A stretch of DNA of 61,736 nucleotides, counting the filler, from Sandaracinaceae bacterium (GTDB lineage Bacteria; Myxococcota_A; Polyangia; Polyangiales; JADJQN01): NCBI GenBank assembly GCA_947483975.1. It is 3 parts of 3 records of this genome, joined end to end, with 100 filler letters (N's around TTAATTAATTAA, not from the genome) between each part and the next. Parts side by side here need not be neighbours in the genome. Positions count along the whole stretch, not along the records: positions 21,024 to 41,624 come from CANKOL010000052.1; positions 41,725 to 61,736 come from CANKOL010000053.1; 1 more part is not named here. One strand, given 5' to 3'. The notes beneath the pieces were generated by a model that searched no databases, was not told the origin of the DNA, and saw only the letters and a program-made list of their open reading frames with translations. Position 1 is the first letter of the stretch, and every line of letters begins with the position of its first letter. Both the position numbers and the translations under genes were made by a program. This document shows positions 37,237 to 47,077 of the stretch, one piece after another.

Positions 37237-37464
37237 ATGTCGTCCGTGGTCCTCTCTCGCCTGCTCCTCGACGTCGAGACCCTCGAGCCCGAGGAGCGCG
37301 AGGTGCTGCGCGCGAAGCTCGAGCTGCTCGCGAGCGACGCTCAGCTCGACTCGGCGCAGCGCGATGAGCTGCAGCGCCGAGCTCGCAGTCTGCAAGACGG
37401 CACCGCCGTGCTGCACGACCACGACGACGTGCGCCGCGACTTTCTGCGCCTGCTCGAGCGCTGA
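37237..37464 (+). CDS. Putative addiction-module antitoxin component
   Basis: 75 aa, pattern LEPEERE..L....AQRDELQRR...LQDG..V.HDHDDVRR resembles the small antitoxins encoded upstream of RelE/ParE toxins. Confidence 0.55.
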   Translation: MSSVVLSRLLLDVETLEPEEREVLRAKLELLASDAQLDSAQRDELQRRARSLQDGTAVLHDHDDVRRDFLRLLER

Positions 37465-37552
37465 TGCTGGGCGCGCGGTGGCTCGACGAGGCACGCACCG
37501 AGGCGCTCGAGGCCGCGCGCCAGTACGCGGAGCTCGACCCGAACAGAACGCC
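37464..37552 (+). pseudogene. Truncated RelE/ParE-type toxin (N-terminal ~28 codons only)
   Basis: TGATG coupling to the antitoxin. MLGARWLDEARTEALEAARQYAELDP resembles a ParE N-terminus, then the frame runs into the antisense of the PaaI gene. Confidence 0.45.
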
Positions 37553-38008
37553 TCAGCTCTTGACGGTGACGGCCTCGCCGCCTAGCTCGGCGCCCGGCTC
37601 GAGGCAGAGCAGCCGCACTCGCCCCGTCGCGACGACGCGGCCCTCGGCGTCGACGACCGTGCCCTGCCAGACCTGCGTGCGGCGCCCGCGCGTCACCGGG
37701 GTCGCCGTCGCGCGCAGCGTGCCTGAGCGCACCGCGCGGATGAATGAGGTGTTGTTCTCGAGCCCGACGATGGACTGCCCGCGCGCGCCCGCCGAGAGCG
37801 CAGCGCCCGTCGACGCGAGCGCCTCGATCACGCCCGCGTGCACGCCCCCGTGGACGATGCCGTACGGCTGATGGTGCACGCCGCCGATCTCCAGCTCGGC
37901 GACGACCTCATCCTCCGTCGCGCGCACGAAGCGCAGCCCCATCGCGGCGTTCCAGCCGCCACGATGGGCGTTCAACATCTCTGCGAAGTCCTTGGGCGCG
38001 TCTGACAT
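37553..38008 (-). CDS. PaaI-family hotdog thioesterase
   Basis: HHQPYGIVHGGVHAGVIE, VGLENNTSFIRAV, GRRTQVW. Confidence 0.92.
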   Translation of the reverse strand: MSDAPKDFAEMLNAHRGGWNAAMGLRFVRATEDEVVAELEIGGVHHQPYGIVHGGVHAGVIEALASTGAALSAGARGQSIVGLENNTSFIRAVRSGTLRATATPVTRGRRTQVWQGTVVDAEGRVVATGRVRLLCLEPGAELGGEAVTVKS

Positions 38009-38049
38009 CGCGCGAGTCTAGCGCGCGGTCGTCGGAGCGCCCGGCAGCC

Positions 38050-38979
38050 TCAGCGCGCCGCTTCTTCTTCGCTCGCGAAGTGCACGAGCGAGCGGAACGC
38101 GGAGTAGCGCGCCGCGATCTCGCCGCGCTCGACGGCCGCGAGGCGGTCGGTGCCGATGCCCTCGACGCAGAAGCTCGCGAGCGCGCTCCCGTAGACGACG
38201 GCGCGCCGCAGCGTGCCGTTGTGCAGGTCGTCCTGCGAGACGAGGTAGCCGAGCATCCCGCCCGCGAAGGTGTCGCCCGCGCCCGTCGGATCGACGACGT
38301 CGCCCGTCGGATAGGCGGGCGCGCTGAAGATCTTGTCGCCCTCGAAGAGGACCGCGCCGTGCTCGCCCTTCTTGATGACGATGATGCGCGGACCGAGCGC
38401 CATCAGCGCGCGCGCGGCGTTGACGAGGTTGTTCACGCCCGAGAGCTGCCTCGCCTCCTCGTCGTTGACGACGAGCAGGTCGACCTCGGCGAGCGTCTTG
38501 ACGAGCGCGGCGCGCTCCCCGCCGATCCAGAAGTTCATCGTGTCCGCGACGACGAGCTTCGGCTTGACCACCTGGCGCAACACCTCGAGCTGAAGCGCCG
38601 GGTGGATGTTGCCGAGCAGCACATACGGGGTGTCGCGGAACGCCTGCGGGATCTTCGGGTTGAAGCTCGCGAAGACGTTGAGGTCGGTGCGCAGGCTGGT
38701 GCGCGAGGAGAGGTCCTCGGAGTAGCGCCCCTCCCAATGGAAGGTGTCGCCGCTGTTGTCGACCTCGAGCCCACCGGTGTCGACGCCGTGGTCGCGGAAG
38801 CGCTGGATCGCCGACTCCGGGTAGTCCCGCCCGACGACGCCGACGAGGCGCACCGGGGCGAAGTGCGACGCGGCGAGCGAGGCGTACGTGGCGGAGCCGC
38901 CGAGGACCTTCTCGAACGAGCCCGAGGGCATGTGGAGCGTATCGAACGCGACCGAACCGACGACGAGCATGGACGACAT
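38050..38979 (-). CDS. PfkB-family sugar/nucleoside kinase
   Basis: VVGSVAFD, LGGSATY, LGNIHP, DTMNFWI, NDEEA, KKGEHG, DPTGAGDTFAGG. Confidence 0.92.
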   Translation of the reverse strand: MSSMLVVGSVAFDTLHMPSGSFEKVLGGSATYASLAASHFAPVRLVGVVGRDYPESAIQRFRDHGVDTGGLEVDNSGDTFHWEGRYSEDLSSRTSLRTDLNVFASFNPKIPQAFRDTPYVLLGNIHPALQLEVLRQVVKPKLVVADTMNFWIGGERAALVKTLAEVDLLVVNDEEARQLSGVNNLVNAARALMALGPRIIVIKKGEHGAVLFEGDKIFSAPAYPTGDVVDPTGAGDTFAGGMLGYLVSQDDLHNGTLRRAVVYGSALASFCVEGIGTDRLAAVERGEIAARYSAFRSLVHFASEEEAAR

Positions 38980-38993
38980 CGAGCGAGCTCCTC

Positions 38994-39851
38994 TCAGAGA
39001 TACCGGGCGGCGAGCGGGGCGAGCTTGAGGCGGGCTTCGGGGCTGATGTGCTCGCGGTTCGTGAGGAACGCGTACTGCAGCGCGGAGCTCGCGGGGCTCG
39101 CCGCGGGATCGGGCAGGAACTTCGTCAGCGCGCTCAGGATCCCCTGCGCCTTCTTGACGTTCGCGTGGAGCACGGCGACGACCGCGTCGACGGTGACGTC
39201 GGCCTCGCTCTGATGCCAGCAGTCGTAGTCGGTCGCCAGCGCGACGGTCGCGTACGGAAGCTCCGCCTCGCGGGCGAGCTTCGCCTCGGGGAGCCCCGTC
39301 ATGCCGATGACGTCCACGCCCCAGCCGCGGTAGAGGTTCGACTCCGCGCGGGTCGAGAATTGCGGCCCTTCCATGCAGACGTAGGTGCCGCCGTCGTGCA
39401 CGCGCACGCCCGTCTCGACCGCCGCGCGATGGAGCGCCTGCCGCAGCGCCGCGTCTACCGGGTCGCCGAAGGACACGTGCGCGACGACGCCGATGTCCTC
39501 GAAGTACGTCGAGGCGCGGTTGCGCGTGCGGTCGATGAACTGATCGACGAGCACCACGTCCCCGGGGTGGATCGTCTCCTTCATGGAGCCGACGGCGGAG
39601 ACGGAGACGAGCTGCTCGGCGCCGAGCTGCTTCAGCGCGAGGACGTTCGCGCGGTAGTTGATCTGGTGCGGCGGGAGGTGATGCTGCCGGCCGTGGCGCG
39701 GCAAGAACAGGAGCCGCACGCCCTCGAGCACGCCCTCGACGACGACGTCCGAAGGGTCGCCGTAGGTGGTCGTCACGCGGTGCTCGCGCACGTCGCTGAG
39801 CCCGTCCATCCGATAGAGCCCGCTGCCACCGATCACGCCGAGCGTTCGCAC
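38994..39851 (-). CDS. mtnP: S-methyl-5'-thioadenosine phosphorylase
   Basis: GVIGGSG, LPRHGRQH, INYRAN, SAVGS, EGPQFSTRAES, IGMT..PEAKLAREAE, ATDYDCW. GAGGAG RBS before GTG 39851. Confidence 0.94.
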   Translation of the reverse strand: MRTLGVIGGSGLYRMDGLSDVREHRVTTTYGDPSDVVVEGVLEGVRLLFLPRHGRQHHLPPHQINYRANVLALKQLGAEQLVSVSAVGSMKETIHPGDVVLVDQFIDRTRNRASTYFEDIGVVAHVSFGDPVDAALRQALHRAAVETGVRVHDGGTYVCMEGPQFSTRAESNLYRGWGVDVIGMTGLPEAKLAREAELPYATVALATDYDCWHQSEADVTVDAVVAVLHANVKKAQGILSALTKFLPDPAASPASSALQYAFLTNREHISPEARLKLAPLAARYL

Positions 39852-39890
39852 ATCGATCTCCTCGAAAAAACGGGCCGACCCTAACACGCA

Positions 39891-39916
39891 CGAAAGCCCC
39901 CGTCGACGACGGGGGC
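39891..39916 (-). terminator. Putative intrinsic terminator hairpin
   Basis: 9-bp stem gcccccgtc/gacgggggc (39896-39916). Followed by TTTCG on the minus strand, downstream of the gene ending at 39951. Confidence 0.6.
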
Positions 39917-39950
39917 CTCGGGTTTTTGCGTGGTTCTTCGCGCGCTCAGC

Positions 39951-41453
39951 TCAGGGCGTGCAGGTCCCCGTGAACTGATCGTAGTTGCACGACCACGCGG
40001 GGCCGAAGGGCACCTCGCTGAAGATGTCGGGCGCGCGCGCGACGATCGTGCCGAGCGGGTAGACGTTGCAGTCGACGCCGCAGGTGCCGTTGAAGAAGAC
40101 GACGTCCGCGACGTACCAGTTGTCGTTCTCCGGACCGCCGCCGAAGCCGCCCGCCGAGTTGAGCGTCACGAACGGGTCGGTCCCGAACGAGCCGCGCAGC
40201 GCGCCGCCGCAGTAGATGCTGACCGTCGGATGCGTCGCGGGGGAGCCCGCGTAGTAGTTGACCATCACGCGGTACGGCATCCCGAGGATCGGCTGGTCGA
40301 CGTTGATGTTCTCCGGCGCGCAGAAGGCGTCGAGGTCGGGGTTCGTCTCCGCGCCGTTGCACGCGCCGTCGGTGCCGTTGGTGTCGACGTCGAGGCGCGG
40401 GTTGCGGCAGTAGCCGAGCGAGCTCCACTGCGCGCCGCCGCCGTGCGGCGCCGTGCCGCAGATGCCGGCGACGTCGGTCGAGTTGGCGTGGTCGGGCCAG
40501 GAGATCGCCGAGGAGCTGTCGGGCTGGCAGTTGCCGTAGTAGCAGTCGTCCGGGCCGTTCCACGCGGTGTCGCCGCCATTCGCGGTCCAGCGGTGCAGGT
40601 GCAGGTCCATGTCCACGCCGCCCGCGGTGTCGAGCATCGTGTCCCAGTTGAGCTCGACGCGAAGACCCGAGCCCTGGACGTAGATGGTCCACGCGCAGCC
40701 GGCCGCGGTGCCCTCGTCGGTCGTCATCTGCACGCTGACGCGGTACGCGCCCGAGGCGGTGAAGTAGATCGACGTGTCCTTGGCGTTCGGATCCGTCGGC
40801 GCGGGGCAGAGCGCCGCGGGGACCGAGGGCGGGCACTCGACGGCCCAGCGCCAGTTGGTGCCGACGCCCGTGTAGACGCGCCCGCCGCGCAGCGGGAACG
40901 CGGCGAGCGGGGGCGCGGACTCGCTGCTCGGGCAGGTGACCGCGGACGAGCAGCCCGGGAGCGCCTCGTCGGTGATGTTGTTGCAGTCGTTGTCCGCGCC
41001 GTCGCAGGCCTCGGCCGTCGGCAGGACGTCGCCGAGGCAGTCGCTCCACTGCAGGAACTCGGTGCAGGTCTCGATGCCGTCCGCGCAGACGCCGATGTTG
41101 CGGCGATCGGGCGGGCCCGCGAAGCAGGGGCGCGTGACGCCGATGGCGGAGCACATGCAGCCCTCGTCGACGGTGCCGTTGCAGTTGTCGTCGAGGCCGT
41201 TGCCCTCGCCGGTGTCGCCGCAAAGCTCGGTCGGACCGCAGCTCGGGACGCAGACGTTGACCGGGCCGCCGAAGTCGACGGAGCCGTCCACCGGGCGCGG
41301 GGCGCCGTCGTAGACGCCGCCATCGCGGGAGCCGGTGCCCGGCCGCGAGCCGCGCGTCGAGCAGGCGACGAGGGAGGTGAGGGAGAGCAACACGACGAGC
41401 GAGAGAAGCGAAGGAGAGCGACTGTGCATCGGAGGCACCCTTGGCCGCGACAT
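39951..41453 (-). CDS. Cys-rich lipoprotein with putative metal-binding repeats and C-terminal YfaP/DUF2135-like domain
   Basis: LVAC lipobox. GLDDNCNGTVDEG and EACDGADNDCN repeats. LRVELNWD..DMDLHL..NPRLDVD..PENIN. Start is 41453 or 41429. Confidence 0.78.
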   Translation of the reverse strand: MSRPRVPPMHSRSPSLLSLVVLLSLTSLVACSTRGSRPGTGSRDGGVYDGAPRPVDGSVDFGGPVNVCVPSCGPTELCGDTGEGNGLDDNCNGTVDEGCMCSAIGVTRPCFAGPPDRRNIGVCADGIETCTEFLQWSDCLGDVLPTAEACDGADNDCNNITDEALPGCSSAVTCPSSESAPPLAAFPLRGGRVYTGVGTNWRWAVECPPSVPAALCPAPTDPNAKDTSIYFTASGAYRVSVQMTTDEGTAAGCAWTIYVQGSGLRVELNWDTMLDTAGGVDMDLHLHRWTANGGDTAWNGPDDCYYGNCQPDSSSAISWPDHANSTDVAGICGTAPHGGGAQWSSLGYCRNPRLDVDTNGTDGACNGAETNPDLDAFCAPENINVDQPILGMPYRVMVNYYAGSPATHPTVSIYCGGALRGSFGTDPFVTLNSAGGFGGGPENDNWYVADVVFFNGTCGVDCNVYPLGTIVARAPDIFSEVPFGPAWSCNYDQFTGTCTP

Positions 41454-41624
41454 CGGCGGCGCTTGCAGACTGTGCGATGGAGACTGACGGAGCGGGGCGC
41501 GGCGAGCGTGCGACGCTCGAGCGACCGTCCCCGAGTGTGTCACAGCGGCGCGGCGCGCGTCGAGTGGTTGGCGGGCGACGGCGCGACCGGGGAGGCGCGG
41601 CGCGGCCGGGGCGGTGAGCGGCGA

Positions 41625-41724
41625 NNNNNNNNNNNNNNNNNNNNNNNNNNNNNNNNNNNNNNNNNNNNTTAATTAATTAANNNNNNNNNNNNNNNNNNNN
41701 NNNNNNNNNNNNNNNNNNNNNNNN
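41625..41724. other. Artificial contig spacer
   Basis: 44 N + TTAATTAATTAA + 44 N. Confidence 0.97.
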
Positions 41725-43003
41725 CACCGCCACCGCCACCGCCGCCCGTACCCGCCGTCGAGTTCGTCGGGCAAGCCGAGCCCGACGCGTCGCCGCCTCG
41801 TCCGCCGGCACCCGTGTAGCCCGCCGCGCCGCCCGCGCCCGCGTGATACGGCGCGCCGCCGCCGTAAAAATCCCCGCCCGCTCCGCCGCTGAAGCACGTG
41901 CCTCCCGCGCCGCTGCCGCCGGTGCCGCCCGTCGCGCTCGTCGTCCCCGAGCCGCCTGACGCGATGAGCGTGCCGTTGAAGCTCGACGCGCCGCCGCTCG
42001 TACCTGAGGTGCCCGCAGCGCCGACGATGACGCTGATCGACGTGCCCGGGACCACGGAGATGTTGTTCAGATAGCAGAGCCCGCCGCCGCCCCCGCCGCC
42101 AATGTTGCCGTAGCCGCTGCTGCCGGCACCGCCGCCGCCGACGACGACGACGCTGACCTGCGTCACCCCCGCGGGGACCGTGAACGTGTTCGAGCCGACG
42201 GTCGTGAAGGTCGCCTCTCCGGAGGGCGCCGCACAGCCCTCGTCCACCACCCCGTTGCAGTTGTCGTCGAGGCTGTTGCAGACCTCCGCTGAGGGGCTCC
42301 CGGCGATCGCGTTGCACGCCGTCGTCGCGCCCGAGCAGGCGACGTTCCCCGTGCGCAGGCACGCGCCGACTCCCGCGCTGCACGCCGCACCGGTCGACTG
42401 ACAGACGCCCGCGCAGTTCGATTGGCCAGCCGCGCAGACGCAGGACCCCGCGCCGTCGCACATGCCCCCGACGACGCTCGCGCACGCCGTGCCGAAGACG
42501 CTGCTGCCCGCGAGGTTACACACCGACGCGCCCGAGGCGCACGCGGTCAGGCCGGTGCGGCACTCGGTCGTCGGCGTGCACGCTGCCGACGCGATGTTGT
42601 CGACGATGCCATCGCAGTTGTCGTCGAGGCCATTGCACGTCTCCGTCCTCGAGACACAACCGCCGTCGACCCGACCGCCATCGACCCGACCGCCGTCCGT
42701 GGCCATCCCGAGGTCGACCCGGCCCAGGTCAGCCCCGCCGCCATCCGCGGTGCCGAGATCGCCCGCTCCGCCATCGACGCTGCCGAGGTCGCCCCCTCCG
42801 CCATCGACGCTGCCGAGGTCGACCGCTCCGCCATCGACGCTGCCGAGGTCGATGGGGCCGAGGTCGAGCCCGCCGCCGTCGCTGTCCCCGAGGTCGAGTC
42901 CACCCCCATCGGAGTGGCTCGGGCGACGTACGCCCCCGCTGGCACAGGCCGAGAGCATGACGACGAGAACCGAGGTGAGCACGAGCACGGAGCGAAAGCG
43001 CAT
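41725..43003 (-). CDS. Lipoprotein with DLG/DGG linker, Cys-rich putative metal-binding repeats and glycine-rich domain, 3' truncated by gap
   Basis: LSAC lipobox. ETCNGLDDNCDG and EVCNSLDDNCNG. FTVPAGVTQVSVVVVGGGGAG glycine-rich domain. Confidence 0.8.
42660..42912 (-). repeat. Imperfect 15/30-bp coding repeats (DLGSVDGGxx)
   Basis: ccgccatcgacgctgccgaggtcg-type units read directly. Confidence 0.75.
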
Positions 43004-43169
43004 GAAAATCTCCACAAAGAGCCAGGAGGCAGCGAGTCAGCGGACGAGCGCCAGCCTAGCATCCCGGCGGCTCGAATTTGCCCCCCAACCCTGCCCCAAG
43101 GCGGCGAACTTCCGCGCGCGCACGACGACGCCGAGCGCGCCCCGCCAAGGCGGAGCGCACCCCCGCCAG

Positions 43170-43613
43170 CTACACGCCGAGCTTCTTCGCGACCTCGACC
43201 ACGACGCCCGTGTTCGCCAGGTGCGCGACCTGCGAGAGGAGGAACTCACGCACGGACTGCTCGAGGTCCTCGAGCTCCCCGCCGCTCACTCCGAGCGCCG
43301 CCGCGTACGCGCCGACGAGCGCCTTCTCGCCGCTGCCGTACTTCCCGTCGGCATAGCCCATGAGGAGGCACGACTTCACGAAGAGCTTGGCGGCCTCGCC
43401 CTTGAACGCGCCCGCGACCACCTCTGGCTCGACCGGCGGGGCCGACTCCGTCAGGCGCGCGCTCGGGTCGGCGACCGCGTCGCCGTAGAACCCCTTGATC
43501 AGCGCGAGCTCGCGCTCATGCACGCCGCCTTCACACTGCGCCACGGCCAGCATCGCGCGCGCGAGCAGCTGCGCCTGTACTTCGTCCAGCTCTACTTCGG
43601 CGAAAAACTCCAT
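43170..43613 (-). CDS. TerB-like (tellurite-resistance fold) protein
   Basis: Two-fold motif AVAQCEGGVHERELALI / LMGYADGKYGSGEKALV..AAALGVS. AAGGAG RBS. Confidence 0.7.
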   Translation of the reverse strand: MEFFAEVELDEVQAQLLARAMLAVAQCEGGVHERELALIKGFYGDAVADPSARLTESAPPVEPEVVAGAFKGEAAKLFVKSCLLMGYADGKYGSGEKALVGAYAAALGVSGGELEDLEQSVREFLLSQVAHLANTGVVVEVAKKLGV

Positions 43614-43641
43614 CGCGGGGCTCCTTCTGTTCGGTGGTCGT

Positions 43642-45456
43642 CTAACGTCGATTACCGACGGTGCTCTTGAGCACCATCATTCGATGTTGCAGCTCGTCTG
43701 CGCTCATCTCTGCGTACTTCTTGGGGAGCATGCGCCGATTCGATGCCTCGAATACCGCGAGCAGCTCCATGTACTCGAGCATCTCGACGTCCCTGCTAGG
43801 CAGATAGTCGTGAATGGCATTCACCATCTGCTCGCTGCCGACGATCTCTCCTTGGGCGTAGTCGTTGGCGAGCAGCGCCACCGCCTCGAGCTCAGCGTTC
43901 GAGTAGCCGACCAGCTTCGCGCTCGTCGTCTCGCGATCCCGCGGAAACTCGACCGTCGTCTGGATACGGTTCTTCTTGAACTGCGCCACCAACACGGCCT
44001 CGACCGCCTCCGGCTCTTGCGGATAGAGGAACGGGATCTTCCGGTCGAGTCGCCCCGCGCGCTTGATGTCCACGTCGAGCTTGTCGGGGCGATTCGTCAT
44101 CAAGATGAAGAGCACCCGCCCGCGATTGCGGGTGTCGCTCATGAACTCCTTGATTCGCCCGATCACGCGCGAGCCAGTGCCGCCATCCCCGTCGCCGTCC
44201 CCGTTGCCGAACGCGCGGTCACCCTCGTCGATGATCAGGATGACCTGCCCGATCGCCTGAACGACCGTCAGAATTCGCTCGAGGTTCCCCTCGGTCGCGC
44301 CGACCCACTTGCTCCGAAAATTCTTGAATTTGATGGCCGTCAGGCCCGTCTCGTTCGCAAACGCCTCGGCGACGTACGTCTTGCCCGTGCCCATCGGGCC
44401 CGTGAAGAGCAGCCCCATCGGGCAGCGCGCCGTGCGCCCCTCGCGGATGTGCCCCGCGATGGCGAGGAGCTCGTCCTTCACCTCGTCGATGCCGCCGACG
44501 ACCGAGAAGTCGTGGGACGACTCCACGAATTCGATCAGCCCAAAACACTCGCGCTCGATGATCTCCCGCTTGCGCTTGAAGATCAGGCGCAGGATCTCGT
44601 CGCGCCCGTCGTCGACGGCCGCCGTCGAGCGCTCCGGGGCCACGAGCGCGCGAATCTCGTCTTGGCTCATGCCCTTCGTGAGGTCCGCGAGCTTGGCCGC
44701 CCGCTCCTTCGCGTTCGGCGCCCCCCCAAGCAGGCCGACGATGAAGCTCTCGCGCTCCGCCGGGTCGACGGTCCCGCCCGTCGCGGGCTCGAGGATCGCC
44801 TTGATCTGCACGCCCTTGAGGCCGGCGGTCGCCGTCGTGAGCTTCTCCTGCCACTGCGCGTCGAACTTCGGCACGAGCTTCTCGATGAGGCGCTTGCGCT
44901 CCGCCGCGTTCGGCATCTCGATCTTCACCGCGGCCATGCGCGGGTTCGACACGAGCTTCGGATTCAACTCCGAGAGATTCTCTGCGATCAAGATGACGAC
45001 GTTGTCGCTCCGCTCGAGCATCGACGACATCGACCAACGATGCAGCGCAATGACGCTCTGTCGGTCTGCGTCCGACGAGAAGTTGGCGTCGCCCGCGGGG
45101 ACGATCATCTCGGCATATTCGAGGATCACGGCGACTCGGTCCCGCGTGAGCAGCACCTGCTCGAGCGCTGGCAGCACCTTCTCCGCGCCCTTTTGGAGCA
45201 GTAGCTCGTCGAGGCCGGCGACGTCGGTCTTGCGCTTGGCGAAGCGCACTCCGCTCGACAGGTTGTACTGCAGGATCAGGTCCTTGCTCGGCGCGAGCAG
45301 CACCCGCCCGAGAAACTCGCTGACTCCGTAGAACTCGCCGTCGTAGAGCACGAGATCGTGCACGTTCCCGTGCAACACGAACTGCGAGGCCTCGCCCTGA
45401 ACGTAGCGGCGTCGAAGCTCTTCGGCCCAAGCGGGGAGGGTCTGAACAGTCGTCAT
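43642..45456 (-). CDS. Classical-clade AAA+ ATPase (SpoVK/Ycf46/Vps4-like) with degenerate N-terminal ATPase-like domain
   Basis: [13 protein letters not shown], pore loop [35 protein letters not shown]-terminal [21 protein letters not shown] coupling upstream. Confidence 0.9.
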   Translation of the reverse strand: MTTVQTLPAWAEELRRRYVQGEASQFVLHGNVHDLVLYDGEFYGVSEFLGRVLLAPSKDLILQYNLSSGVRFAKRKTDVAGLDELLLQKGAEKVLPALEQVLLTRDRVAVILEYAEMIVPAGDANFSSDADRQSVIALHRWSMSSMLERSDNVVILIAENLSELNPKLVSNPRMAAVKIEMPNAAERKRLIEKLVPKFDAQWQEKLTTATAGLKGVQIKAILEPATGGTVDPAERESFIVGLLGGAPNAKERAAKLADLTKGMSQDEIRALVAPERSTAAVDDGRDEILRLIFKRKREIIERECFGLIEFVESSHDFSVVGGIDEVKDELLAIAGHIREGRTARCPMGLLFTGPMGTGKTYVAEAFANETGLTAIKFKNFRSKWVGATEGNLERILTVVQAIGQVILIIDEGDRAFGNGDGDGDGGTGSRVIGRIKEFMSDTRNRGRVLFILMTNRPDKLDVDIKRAGRLDRKIPFLYPQEPEAVEAVLVAQFKKNRIQTTVEFPRDRETTSAKLVGYSNAELEAVALLANDYAQGEIVGSEQMVNAIHDYLPSRDVEMLEYMELLAVFEASNRRMLPKKYAEMSADELQHRMMVLKSTVGNRR

Positions 45457-46253
45457 GCGGGCTCCAGTAGAACTTCCGTTTCGCGCGCGGTCGTGCGCAC
45501 GGCCTCGACTCCGTCGATCAACTCATCGAGCTGTCCGCCGAACTCGCCAGGCGAGCGCATCGTCACGATCTGATCGGCGAGCAGGCGAAAGGTGTTCTCG
45601 ATCAGCTCGAGCTGCCCATGCGCCTGCGAGAACGACTGCCGAAGCTCCGCGAGCATCGCCTTGCGCTTCTGCAGCACTGCGAGGTTCTTCTGCGCGAGGC
45701 CCCGGTCCTCCGGGGTGCCCTTCGTGACGATATCGGTATAGCGGCGCATCTCCGCCTCGAGGTCGGCGAGATCGGAGTTCTGCAAATAGGCTTGATAGCG
45801 ATAGGTCGACAGCAGGAGGTCGGCAAACGAGCGCCTGAGTTGGTCGAGCTTGCGGAGCTCGCCGTGCAGCATATCGCTCGCCAGGGCGCGATTCTCTCCA
45901 CAGAGGCGCAGAATCTCCTCGTGCTTGGCCTCGAGCGCGCGGACTCGGTCGGCGTCCGCCTCCGGCAGCGCGGCGAGCGTACGGTCTCGTTCCTCGGTCG
46001 CCGCTGCCGCGAGCTTCTCCGCGTGCACCTTGTCGAACACGACCTTACGCAGCACCCGCGAGTCCGGAGCGAAGACCATCCACAACACCTCCGCGCCCGC
46101 GCCGGCCACGGCGAGCCACCAGTTCTGCGTGAGCAGCGCGGTCGTCGCTACGCCACCCATCAACGTGTAGTTGTAGATGTTGTGAAACGCGTAGCTGAAG
46201 TACGGAACGCGCTCCTTGTCGCCCTTGTTGGCCTCGTCCGCCATCGGGCTCAC
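45453..46253 (-). CDS. Hypothetical membrane-anchored coiled-coil protein
   Basis: Two N-terminal hydrophobic segments, then long heptad-rich helices (QLELIENTFRLLADQIVTM). GTGA overlap with the ABC ATPase, alternative ATG 46244. Confidence 0.75.
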   Translation of the reverse strand: MSPMADEANKGDKERVPYFSYAFHNIYNYTLMGGVATTALLTQNWWLAVAGAGAEVLWMVFAPDSRVLRKVVFDKVHAEKLAAAATEERDRTLAALPEADADRVRALEAKHEEILRLCGENRALASDMLHGELRKLDQLRRSFADLLLSTYRYQAYLQNSDLADLEAEMRRYTDIVTKGTPEDRGLAQKNLAVLQKRKAMLAELRQSFSQAHGQLELIENTFRLLADQIVTMRSPGEFGGQLDELIDGVEAVRTTARETEVLLEPA

Positions 46254-47077
46254 CCCACTCGCACACTCGACAGCTCTCCGTGCAGGAGTTCCATCAAGTG
46301 ACTCTCTACCTCGCGGAACTGCGGCGTCTGCTTGAGCTTGATGCTCCGGTCGGCGAAGATCGGCACGTCCACTCGCTCGCGAATTTGCGCAGGGCGCGAC
46401 GAGAGCACGTAGACGGTATCCGCGAGATACACCGCCTCCGAGACGTCGTGCGTGACGAAGAGGATCGTGTTGTCCGCGACGCGCGAGATGTCGAGGAGCC
46501 GGCTCTGCATATCCCAGCGAGTCTGCGGATCGAGCGCACCGAACGGCTCATCCATCAAGATCAGGCGCGGGCGGTTCACGATGGTGCGCGCGATCGCGAC
46601 GCGCTGCTTCATGCCGCCCGATAGCTCCTTTGGATAGCGCTTGCCGAAGTCCGCGAGACCGACCTGTTTCAGCGCCTCTTTCGCGCGCGTCTCGCGCTCG
46701 TCCTTCGGCACGCCGGCGAGGCGCATCCCGTACTCGACGTTCCCTTGGACCGTGAGCCAGGCGAACGACGTGTACGTCTGAAAGACCATCGCGCGGTCGC
46801 CGCTCGTGCCCTCCACGACCTTGCCGTCGTTGAGGACGCGGCCCTTGGTCGGGAGGTGCAGCCCCGCGACGCACTTCAGCACGGTGGACTTACCGCAGCC
46901 CGACGGACCGAGGAACACCACGATCTCGCCCACGCCGGGCTTGTCCTCGATGCGAAGGCTCATGTCGCGCACGGCCTCCACGCTGTCGCCGCTGCGCGTC
47001 GTGTAGGTGACCGAGACGTGGTCGAGCTCGAGCTTGGGGACGTTGGGAGAGCTCGTAGGAACGGTGGTCTCAGGCAT
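46250..47077 (-). CDS. ABC transporter ATP-binding protein (TauB/SsuB/NrtD-like)
   Basis: GPSGCGKST, MVFQ, LSGGMKQR, LMDEPFGALD, FVTHD. Confidence 0.93.
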   Translation of the reverse strand: MPETTVPTSSPNVPKLELDHVSVTYTTRSGDSVEAVRDMSLRIEDKPGVGEIVVFLGPSGCGKSTVLKCVAGLHLPTKGRVLNDGKVVEGTSGDRAMVFQTYTSFAWLTVQGNVEYGMRLAGVPKDERETRAKEALKQVGLADFGKRYPKELSGGMKQRVAIARTIVNRPRLILMDEPFGALDPQTRWDMQSRLLDISRVADNTILFVTHDVSEAVYLADTVYVLSSRPAQIRERVDVPIFADRSIKLKQTPQFREVESHLMELLHGELSSVRVG

